Made by a program: the position numbers and the translations under genes
In this document: positions 1 through 7,737 of the stretch, in pieces
Layout of the letters: every line of letters begins with the position of its first letter
Numbering within the stretch: the stretch's first letter is position 1
The notes under the pieces: model-generated
The model's input: the letters and a program-made list of their open reading frames with translations, nothing else
Databases searched by the model: none
Told to the model about the DNA's origin: nothing
From: Naegleria gruberi
Lineage: Eukaryota
DNA length: 7,737 bases
Assembly (NCBI GenBank): GCA_000004985.1
Contig: GG739112.1
Strand: one strand, 5' to 3'

Positions 1-943
1 TTGTGGTGTGACAGTTCTAAATGTTTACTAAATAGCATCAAATGTCGATATGGTTGATACATTGTAAAAAAGTATGAAACCCCTCTTACGCATAGCGGGA
101 TTATAATTGAAGATTATTTATTCCCCTCTTTTTACAATTATGAAAGATTTTATGGTGACACTGAAAATTTGTTATCCTCAAGAGAAATCACATTATGCCG
201 CGTTTTGAGATAACAATTTTAAGCAAAAAGGAAATTGTAGTTTACTCCCATAGCTTCAAAACACATGAAGAAGGCAAACCATTTTCGTTAAATTCTAAGC
301 CCACCATTCTCTCAAAACCTGGCAGACATAATAAAACCTTAGAGAAGGTTAATGTTTCAGTAATTTCCCATCAAATTCAATAAATAAAAATTTAACGCGA
401 GTTTAAACTTCTAGGGGTGATGGAAAGTACACTTTCCTAATGCTAGATTAAGTTCTGCATGAATAAATTGGACGGTTGTTGATGGTCATTCAATTGAGAA
501 TTAAGAGGAGGAAATAATGTTCAGTAATGTTTCTCAGATGGAAATGCAAGAATACTTGTTGAGAAACATTGCTGATTTCGATGTTTCAATAACAGAGTAG
601 CCTTAACAATACTATTCATCTCAATAATAGAAGACACATATTTCTGAGGCCAAATGATACAGGATACTTGTTGTGGACTATTCTAATTAGCTCTACTCCT
701 CAATACATGAAATGCATGCATTGTGTTAAAATGTTTTTCACTTAGATAGGTTAGCCAGTCAAGTGTTGGGAATGATAAACATTGATGTTTTTGAACCAGA
801 TGTAGTGGACTATCATGGTATTCTTATCCATTCACTTCAATACAGAGCCAATATTTCACGTCACTTATCAACATCACCTCCAAAAATTATCGATCAAAAA
901 AATAACCATCACATCTCTGCCTTCATCAAGTACACACTTTTTT

Positions 944-983
944 AACAACAATAACAACAGTATCAAACAAAAGAAAGTAAATA
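944..983 (+). promoter_or_regulatory. A/CAA-rich putative 5' leader immediately upstream of the ATG at 984 (aacaacaataacaacagtatcaaacaaaagaaagtaaata), preceded by a T6 run.
   Basis: About 70% A, almost no G or T, and CAA/AAC triplet-like repeats. Such A-rich unstructured leaders are typical upstream of efficiently translated genes in AT-rich eukaryotes. No transcription start evidence is available. Confidence 0.25.
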
Positions 984-1125
984 ATGAATCAAATAGAAGC
1001 AGGGTTAGAACCAAGTACCTCATCAAATCTTGGACCAAAAGGAATTGAACGTTTAGAAACAGATTTTACCGAAATTAAACGAATCACTGATCCATCACAA
1101 ATTCGTGAAAGAAGAGAAAAAGAAG
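984..1125 (+). CDS. 5' end (47 codons) of a CDS that continues into the masked region. Product unknown. N-terminal peptide MNQIEAGLEPSTSSNLGPKGIERLETDFTEIKRITDPSQIRERREKE.
   Basis: ATG at 984 is the first ATG after an in-frame TAA at 978-980. The start context is A-rich (gtaaataATGa, A at -3). There are 47 consecutive sense codons in AT-rich DNA where stops are frequent (chance roughly 0.03-0.1). Codon usage resembles the other two coding segments (AGA/CGT Arg, GGA Gly). The frame runs into the N-run with no stop, so the true end is not visible. Confidence 0.5.
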
Positions 1126-4100
1126 NNNNNNNNNNNNNNNNNNNNNNNNNNNNNNNNNNNNNNNNNNNNNNNNNNNNNNNNNNNNNNNNNNNNNNNNNNN
1201 NNNNNNNNNNNNNNNNNNNNNNNNNNNNNNNNNNNNNNNNNNNNNNNNNNNNNNNNNNNNNNNNNNNNNNNNNNNNNNNNNNNNNNNNNNNNNNNNNNNN
1301 NNNNNNNNNNNNNNNNNNNNNNNNNNNNNNNNNNNNNNNNNNNNNNNNNNNNNNNNNNNNNNNNNNNNNNNNNNNNNNNNNNNNNNNNNNNNNNNNNNNN
1401 NNNNNNNNNNNNNNNNNNNNNNNNNNNNNNNNNNNNNNNNNNNNNNNNNNNNNNNNNNNNNNNNNNNNNNNNNNNNNNNNNNNNNNNNNNNNNNNNNNNN
1501 NNNNNNNNNNNNNNNNNNNNNNNNNNNNNNNNNNNNNNNNNNNNNNNNNNNNNNNNNNNNNNNNNNNNNNNNNNNNNNNNNNNNNNNNNNNNNNNNNNNN
1601 NNNNNNNNNNNNNNNNNNNNNNNNNNNNNNNNNNNNNNNNNNNNNNNNNNNNNNNNNNNNNNNNNNNNNNNNNNNNNNNNNNNNNNNNNNNNNNNNNNNN
1701 NNNNNNNNNNNNNNNNNNNNNNNNNNNNNNNNNNNNNNNNNNNNNNNNNNNNNNNNNNNNNNNNNNNNNNNNNNNNNNNNNNNNNNNNNNNNNNNNNNNN
1801 NNNNNNNNNNNNNNNNNNNNNNNNNNNNNNNNNNNNNNNNNNNNNNNNNNNNNNNNNNNNNNNNNNNNNNNNNNNNNNNNNNNNNNNNNNNNNNNNNNNN
1901 NNNNNNNNNNNNNNNNNNNNNNNNNNNNNNNNNNNNNNNNNNNNNNNNNNNNNNNNNNNNNNNNNNNNNNNNNNNNNNNNNNNNNNNNNNNNNNNNNNNN
2001 NNNNNNNNNNNNNNNNNNNNNNNNNNNNNNNNNNNNNNNNNNNNNNNNNNNNNNNNNNNNNNNNNNNNNNNNNNNNNNNNNNNNNNNNNNNNNNNNNNNN
2101 NNNNNNNNNNNNNNNNNNNNNNNNNNNNNNNNNNNNNNNNNNNNNNNNNNNNNNNNNNNNNNNNNNNNNNNNNNNNNNNNNNNNNNNNNNNNNNNNNNNN
2201 NNNNNNNNNNNNNNNNNNNNNNNNNNNNNNNNNNNNNNNNNNNNNNNNNNNNNNNNNNNNNNNNNNNNNNNNNNNNNNNNNNNNNNNNNNNNNNNNNNNN
2301 NNNNNNNNNNNNNNNNNNNNNNNNNNNNNNNNNNNNNNNNNNNNNNNNNNNNNNNNNNNNNNNNNNNNNNNNNNNNNNNNNNNNNNNNNNNNNNNNNNNN
2401 NNNNNNNNNNNNNNNNNNNNNNNNNNNNNNNNNNNNNNNNNNNNNNNNNNNNNNNNNNNNNNNNNNNNNNNNNNNNNNNNNNNNNNNNNNNNNNNNNNNN
2501 NNNNNNNNNNNNNNNNNNNNNNNNNNNNNNNNNNNNNNNNNNNNNNNNNNNNNNNNNNNNNNNNNNNNNNNNNNNNNNNNNNNNNNNNNNNNNNNNNNNN
2601 NNNNNNNNNNNNNNNNNNNNNNNNNNNNNNNNNNNNNNNNNNNNNNNNNNNNNNNNNNNNNNNNNNNNNNNNNNNNNNNNNNNNNNNNNNNNNNNNNNNN
2701 NNNNNNNNNNNNNNNNNNNNNNNNNNNNNNNNNNNNNNNNNNNNNNNNNNNNNNNNNNNNNNNNNNNNNNNNNNNNNNNNNNNNNNNNNNNNNNNNNNNN
2801 NNNNNNNNNNNNNNNNNNNNNNNNNNNNNNNNNNNNNNNNNNNNNNNNNNNNNNNNNNNNNNNNNNNNNNNNNNNNNNNNNNNNNNNNNNNNNNNNNNNN
2901 NNNNNNNNNNNNNNNNNNNNNNNNNNNNNNNNNNNNNNNNNNNNNNNNNNNNNNNNNNNNNNNNNNNNNNNNNNNNNNNNNNNNNNNNNNNNNNNNNNNN
3001 NNNNNNNNNNNNNNNNNNNNNNNNNNNNNNNNNNNNNNNNNNNNNNNNNNNNNNNNNNNNNNNNNNNNNNNNNNNNNNNNNNNNNNNNNNNNNNNNNNNN
3101 NNNNNNNNNNNNNNNNNNNNNNNNNNNNNNNNNNNNNNNNNNNNNNNNNNNNNNNNNNNNNNNNNNNNNNNNNNNNNNNNNNNNNNNNNNNNNNNNNNNN
3201 NNNNNNNNNNNNNNNNNNNNNNNNNNNNNNNNNNNNNNNNNNNNNNNNNNNNNNNNNNNNNNNNNNNNNNNNNNNNNNNNNNNNNNNNNNNNNNNNNNNN
3301 NNNNNNNNNNNNNNNNNNNNNNNNNNNNNNNNNNNNNNNNNNNNNNNNNNNNNNNNNNNNNNNNNNNNNNNNNNNNNNNNNNNNNNNNNNNNNNNNNNNN
3401 NNNNNNNNNNNNNNNNNNNNNNNNNNNNNNNNNNNNNNNNNNNNNNNNNNNNNNNNNNNNNNNNNNNNNNNNNNNNNNNNNNNNNNNNNNNNNNNNNNNN
3501 NNNNNNNNNNNNNNNNNNNNNNNNNNNNNNNNNNNNNNNNNNNNNNNNNNNNNNNNNNNNNNNNNNNNNNNNNNNNNNNNNNNNNNNNNNNNNNNNNNNN
3601 NNNNNNNNNNNNNNNNNNNNNNNNNNNNNNNNNNNNNNNNNNNNNNNNNNNNNNNNNNNNNNNNNNNNNNNNNNNNNNNNNNNNNNNNNNNNNNNNNNNN
3701 NNNNNNNNNNNNNNNNNNNNNNNNNNNNNNNNNNNNNNNNNNNNNNNNNNNNNNNNNNNNNNNNNNNNNNNNNNNNNNNNNNNNNNNNNNNNNNNNNNNN
3801 NNNNNNNNNNNNNNNNNNNNNNNNNNNNNNNNNNNNNNNNNNNNNNNNNNNNNNNNNNNNNNNNNNNNNNNNNNNNNNNNNNNNNNNNNNNNNNNNNNNN
3901 NNNNNNNNNNNNNNNNNNNNNNNNNNNNNNNNNNNNNNNNNNNNNNNNNNNNNNNNNNNNNNNNNNNNNNNNNNNNNNNNNNNNNNNNNNNNNNNNNNNN
4001 NNNNNNNNNNNNNNNNNNNNNNNNNNNNNNNNNNNNNNNNNNNNNNNNNNNNNNNNNNNNNNNNNNNNNNNNNNNNNNNNNNNNNNNNNNNNNNNNNNNN

Positions 4101-6622
4101 NNNNNNNNNNNNNNNNNNNNNNNNNNNNNNNNNNNNNNNNNNNNNNNNNNNNNNNNNNNNNNNNNNNNNNNNNNNNNNNNNNNNNNNNNNNNNNNNNNNN
4201 NNNNNNNNNNNNNNNNNNNNNNNNNNNNNNNNNNNNNNNNNNNNNNNNNNNNNNNNNNNNNNNNNNNNNNNNNNNNNNNNNNNNNNNNNNNNNNNNNNNN
4301 NNNNNNNNNNNNNNNNNNNNNNNNNNNNNNNNNNNNNNNNNNNNNNNNNNNNNNNNNNNNNNNNNNNNNNNNNNNNNNNNNNNNNNNNNNNNNNNNNNNN
4401 NNNNNNNNNNNNNNNNNNNNNNNNNNNNNNNNNNNNNNNNNNNNNNNNNNNNNNNNNNNNNNNNNNNNNNNNNNNNNNNNNNNNNNNNNNNNNNNNNNNN
4501 NNNNNNNNNNNNNNNNNNNNNNNNNNNNNNNNNNNNNNNNNNNNNNNNNNNNNNNNNNNNNNNNNNNNNNNNNNNNNNNNNNNNNNNNNNNNNNNNNNNN
4601 NNNNNNNNNNNNNNNNNNNNNNNNNNNNNNNNNNNNNNNNNNNNNNNNNNNNNNNNNNNNNNNNNNNNNNNNNNNNNNNNNNNNNNNNNNNNNNNNNNNN
4701 NNNNNNNNNNNNNNNNNNNNNNNNNNNNNNNNNNNNNNNNNNNNNNNNNNNNNNNNNNNNNNNNNNNNNNNNNNNNNNNNNNNNNNNNNNNNNNNNNNNN
4801 NNNNNNNNNNNNNNNNNNNNNNNNNNNNNNNNNNNNNNNNNNNNNNNNNNNNNNNNNNNNNNNNNNNNNNNNNNNNNNNNNNNNNNNNNNNNNNNNNNNN
4901 NNNNNNNNNNNNNNNNNNNNNNNNNNNNNNNNNNNNNNNNNNNNNNNNNNNNNNNNNNNNNNNNNNNNNNNNNNNNNNNNNNNNNNNNNNNNNNNNNNNN
5001 NNNNNNNNNNNNNNNNNNNNNNNNNNNNNNNNNNNNNNNNNNNNNNNNNNNNNNNNNNNNNNNNNNNNNNNNNNNNNNNNNNNNNNNNNNNNNNNNNNNN
5101 NNNNNNNNNNNNNNNNNNNNNNNNNNNNNNNNNNNNNNNNNNNNNNNNNNNNNNNNNNNNNNNNNNNNNNNNNNNNNNNNNNNNNNNNNNNNNNNNNNNN
5201 NNNNNNNNNNNNNNNNNNNNNNNNNNNNNNNNNNNNNNNNNNNNNNNNNNNNNNNNNNNNNNNNNNNNNNNNNNNNNNNNNNNNNNNNNNNNNNNNNNNN
5301 NNNNNNNNNNNNNNNNNNNNNNNNNNNNNNNNNNNNNNNNNNNNNNNNNNNNNNNNNNNNNNNNNNNNNNNNNNNNNNNNNNNNNNNNNNNNNNNNNNNN
5401 NNNNNNNNNNNNNNNNNNNNNNNNNNNNNNNNNNNNNNNNNNNNNNNNNNNNNNNNNNNNNNNNNNNNNNNNNNNNNNNNNNNNNNNNNNNNNNNNNNNN
5501 NNNNNNNNNNNNNNNNNNNNNNNNNNNNNNNNNNNNNNNNNNNNNNNNNNNNNNNNNNNNNNNNNNNNNNNNNNNNNNNNNNNNNNNNNNNNNNNNNNNN
5601 NNNNNNNNNNNNNNNNNNNNNNNNNNNNNNNNNNNNNNNNNNNNNNNNNNNNNNNNNNNNNNNNNNNNNNNNNNNNNNNNNNNNNNNNNNNNNNNNNNNN
5701 NNNNNNNNNNNNNNNNNNNNNNNNNNNNNNNNNNNNNNNNNNNNNNNNNNNNNNNNNNNNNNNNNNNNNNNNNNNNNNNNNNNNNNNNNNNNNNNNNNNN
5801 NNNNNNNNNNNNNNNNNNNNNNNNNNNNNNNNNNNNNNNNNNNNNNNNNNNNNNNNNNNNNNNNNNNNNNNNNNNNNNNNNNNNNNNNNNNNNNNNNNNN
5901 NNNNNNNNNNNNNNNNNNNNNNNNNNNNNNNNNNNNNNNNNNNNNNNNNNNNNNNNNNNNNNNNNNNNNNNNNNNNNNNNNNNNNNNNNNNNNNNNNNNN
6001 NNNNNNNNNNNNNNNNNNNNNNNNNNNNNNNNNNNNNNNNNNNNNNNNNNNNNNNNNNNNNNNNNNNNNNNNNNNNNNNNNNNNNNNNNNNNNNNNNNNN
6101 NNNNNNNNNNNNNNNNNNNNNNNNNNNNNNNNNNNNNNNNNNNNNNNNNNNNNNNNNNNNNNNNNNNNNNNNNNNNNNNNNNNNNNNNNNNNNNNNNNNN
6201 NNNNNNNNNNNNNNNNNNNNNNNNNNNNNNNNNNNNNNNNNNNNNNNNNNNNNNNNNNNNNNNNNNNNNNNNNNNNNNNNNNNNNNNNNNNNNNNNNNNN
6301 NNNNNNNNNNNNNNNNNNNNNNNNNNNNNNNNNNNNNNNNNNNNNNNNNNNNNNNNNNNNNNNNNNNNNNNNNNNNNNNNNNNNNNNNNNNNNNNNNNNN
6401 NNNNNNNNNNNNNNNNNNNNNNNNNNNNNNNNNNNNNNNNNNNNNNNNNNNNNNNNNNNNNNNNNNNNNNNNNNNNNNNNNNNNNNNNNNNNNNNNNNNN
6501 NNNNNNNNNNNNNNNNNNNNNNNNNNNNNNNNNNNNNNNNNNNNNNNNNNNNNNNNNNNNNNNNNNNNNNNNNNNNNNNNNNNNNNNNNNNNNNNNNNNN
6601 NNNNNNNNNNNNNNNNNNNNNN
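1126..6622. other. Uninterrupted run of 5,497 N. This is either hard-masked sequence or a sized assembly gap. No biological content is readable.
   Basis: Direct count: the last real base before the run is g at 1125 and the first real base after it is a at 6623. The length 5,497 is not a round number. Confidence 0.99.
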
Positions 6623-6623
6623 A

Positions 6624-7001
6624 AGTTATGAGATTGACTCTTTTGCTGAAATCAGAAGAGTTGTTCAATCATACATTGATGCTAGACAAGAATACTGTCG
6701 TGACATTTTGGGTGTAAAGACAGGTAAGAGACATGCTACTGGTGTTACTTTATATGCTGATAGAGCTCTCGCTAAGGGTGATTCTCTTGGTTTCTTACGT
6801 GCTAGATTACTTGCCATTCGTGACCAAGACAGAATTGAAAGAACAATAACAAATCTTCACTCTGGTAACACTCTCACTAAGTCTCAAAAGGCTAAACGAA
6901 GTGAAAGATCAGGAAGACGTAGATACGAAGGTCAAAAGCTTGATAATACTATGAAAGTTTTCATGTGGGTAAAGAAGTACAGAAACAGAATTTTGAAATA
7001 A
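6624..7001 (+). CDS. 3' end (125 codons plus TAA) of a protein-coding gene emerging from the masked region. Product unrecognised. It ends in a basic tail ...TKSQKAKRSERSGRRRYEGQKLDNTMKVFMWVKKYRNRILK*.
   Basis: There are 125 sense codons, the stop is TAA at 6999-7001, and the other two + frames close quickly. Codon usage is strongly biased (GGT Gly, CGT/AGA Arg, GCT Ala, AAG over AAA, CTT/CTC Leu), which is typical of a translated and probably well-expressed gene. An AATAAA hexamer lies 9 nt after the stop. It is in the same frame as the 984 ORF if the N-run length is exact. Confidence 0.75.
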   Translation, partial: SYEIDSFAEIRRVVQSYIDARQEYCRDILGVKTGKRHATGVTLYADRALAKGDSLGFLRARLLAIRDQDRIERTITNLHSGNTLTKSQKAKRSERSGRRRYEGQKLDNTMKVFMWVKKYRNRILK

Positions 7002-7009
7002 ATTATATC

Positions 7010-7015
7010 AATAAA
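7010..7015 (+). terminator. Putative polyadenylation hexamer AATAAA, 9 nt downstream of the + gene stop codon.
   Basis: The canonical hexamer is seen directly in the sequence. The stop itself forms TAAA (gaaaTAAAtt). The region is AT-rich, so a chance occurrence is plausible. Confidence 0.3.
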
Positions 7016-7034
7016 TATTGGTTATTAAAATAAT

Positions 7035-7074
7035 ATTTCACAATATTCCATTATTGGAAAATGAATTGTGAAAT
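7035..7074. repeat. Perfect 10-bp inverted repeat ATTTCACAAT / ATTGTGAAAT with a 20-nt spacer. The spacer contains a nested 5-bp inverted repeat TTCCA-ttat-TGGAA. It is a stem-loop candidate in the shared 3' region of the convergent genes.
   Basis: Read directly: the arms are 7035-7044 and 7065-7074 and are exact reverse complements, and the inner arms are 7046-7050 and 7055-7059. It lies 34-73 nt downstream of the + gene stop and about 140-180 nt downstream of the OSTC stop. Confidence 0.5.
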
Positions 7075-7212
7075 TAAGGTGTACGTCAAAACCTTAGTTT
7101 TCCATTTTGTTTTAAGATAATTTAATTCGTCTTAAATAACAAAATAATACATTATAGAATTAATGTTAGTAAACTCAATAAAGATTTATAATAATTTATA
7201 GTAACATCATGA

Positions 7213-7674
7213 TTATTGAAGATAATTGGTGATCTTCATCTTCAAGAACATGATCAAAGTGTTATAAGCAATAATGATGAGGAAAATTCCCAATCCGAGG
7301 AAAATGTATCGGGAGCGAGTTGTTGTTGATGGATCAGCTGCCCAATTCAATGAAATAAATCCAAGTCCTCCTATTGTGAATAAGAAACCAGCACTGAATC
7401 CTTCAATCACGTATTGAGCGTTTAATCTATATTCAAGAACTGCTACTGGTCTAACTCTTCCGTCAGCATCTCTTCTACTACCAATAGATGGAGGTTCATT
7501 GATCATATCGTAAACAATACCGGAACAAATAACAAAGTATGAAGCAAGAAGAAGAACAAAGACGAGCATCTTTGGAAGACCCTTTTCAAAGATACTTGGT
7601 AATTTAAGTTTGATATCAGGTGCTCTGAGAGCAGAAGTGTAGATGGCTTTAAAGATTGGGAAGAGTGGATCCAT
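7213..7674 (-). CDS. OSTC: Oligosaccharyltransferase complex subunit OSTC (DC2), 153 aa, complete and intronless.
   Basis: It aligns over its full length, at about 45% identity, to my recollection of human OSTC/DC2 (149 aa). Conserved blocks are LKLK near the N-terminus, SYF, IYD.I.EPPS.GS, RPVA.L.YR.N.QY..EG and FLFT.GGLGFI, followed by a C-terminal TM segment ...F..MK...YL. It has the three-TM hydropathy layout. The ATG at 7674-7672 is the first after an in-frame TAA two codons upstream, in the context aaaaaATGg. The stop is TAA at 7215-7213. Confidence 0.9.
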   Translation of the reverse strand: MDPLFPIFKAIYTSALRAPDIKLKLPSIFEKGLPKMLVFVLLLASYFVICSGIVYDMINEPPSIGSRRDADGRVRPVAVLEYRLNAQYVIEGFSAGFLFTIGGLGFISLNWAADPSTTTRSRYIFLGLGIFLIIIAYNTLIMFLKMKITNYLQ

Positions 7675-7737
7675 TTTTTAAAAATTTTATTCTTTTTTAA
7701 TAAATATTAATTTATTATTCAAGTGGTGATGATCTAC

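Noticed and set aside
195-383. 62-aa ORF (MPRFEITILSKKEIVVYSHSFKTHEEGKPFSLNSKPTILSKPGRHNKTLEKVNVSVISHQIQ)
   Set aside because: It is short, has no recognisable similarity, and its codon usage is unlike the three confident coding segments. It is at the length expected by chance in 1 kb of moderately AT-rich DNA.
1-983. Search for tRNA, rRNA, CRISPR or tandem-repeat structure in the upstream kilobase
   Set aside because: There is no GTTCGA/T-loop-like box with appropriately spaced acceptor-stem complementarity, no rRNA-like conserved blocks, and no regularly spaced direct repeats. Only short 9-10-nt duplicated words occur, as expected by chance.
763-1048. Overlapping 60-aa and 77-aa ORFs (763-945 and 815-1048)
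   Set aside because: They are low-complexity, N/K-rich translations. 815-1048 overlaps the better-supported 984 start in a different frame. There is no start context or similarity to support them.
1095-6668. 1,857-aa - strand ORF in the supplied track
   Set aside because: It is an artefact of translating N as X. Its readable ends are antisense to the + strand coding fragments (MNNSSDFSKRVNLIT opposite 6623-6668, ...FFFSSFTNL opposite 1095-1125) and carry no independent coding signal.
1105-6717. 1,870-aa + strand ORF in the supplied track
   Set aside because: It consists almost entirely of X from the N-run. The readable tail (VMRLTLLLKSEELFNHTLMLDKNTVVTFWV) is an out-of-frame overlap of the real + CDS at 6624-7001, and the head (MKEEKKK) is a low-complexity A-rich run out of frame with the 984 ORF.
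984-7001. Reporting a single confirmed 2,005-aa CDS
   Set aside because: The middle 1,832 codons are unseen. Frame continuity has a 1-in-3 chance of being accidental. Introns, an inserted element, or two separate genes in the interval cannot be excluded. It is reported as two partial CDS fragments instead.
7002-7212. The possibility that the convergent spacer hides a small gene
   Set aside because: The 211-bp spacer is about 80% AT with stops in all frames. Its content is better explained as two back-to-back 3' UTRs with polyA signals and the inverted repeat described above.

Overview
Only about 2.2 kb of this 7,737-nt window is readable, because positions 1126-6622 (5,497 nt, 71% of the window) are a single run of N. 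The readable flanks look like nuclear DNA from an AT-rich, intron-poor eukaryote. The evidence is a conserved ER oligosaccharyltransferase subunit gene, A-rich Kozak-like start contexts, TAA stops and an AATAAA hexamer. Three things can be supported. (1) On the + strand, an ATG at 984 opens a reading frame that runs uninterrupted into the N-run as 47 sense codons. (2) The 3' end of a + strand CDS emerges from the N-run as 125 sense codons (6624-7001) and stops at TAA; its product is unrecognised and it has a strongly basic C-terminal tail. (3) A complete, intronless 153-aa gene lies on the - strand (7213-7674). I recognise it with high confidence as OSTC/DC2, a subunit of the ER oligosaccharyltransferase complex. 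It is convergent with the + gene across a 211-bp AT-rich spacer, and that spacer contains a perfect 10-bp inverted repeat (a stem-loop candidate). The three roughly 1,850-2,005-aa ORFs in the supplied track are artefacts: runs of N translate to X and cannot contain stop codons. I cannot evaluate the masked interval. If a novel system is present in this window, it is almost certainly inside the N-run, and I will not invent content for it. The first 983 nt contain no convincing ORF, tRNA, rRNA or CRISPR signal.
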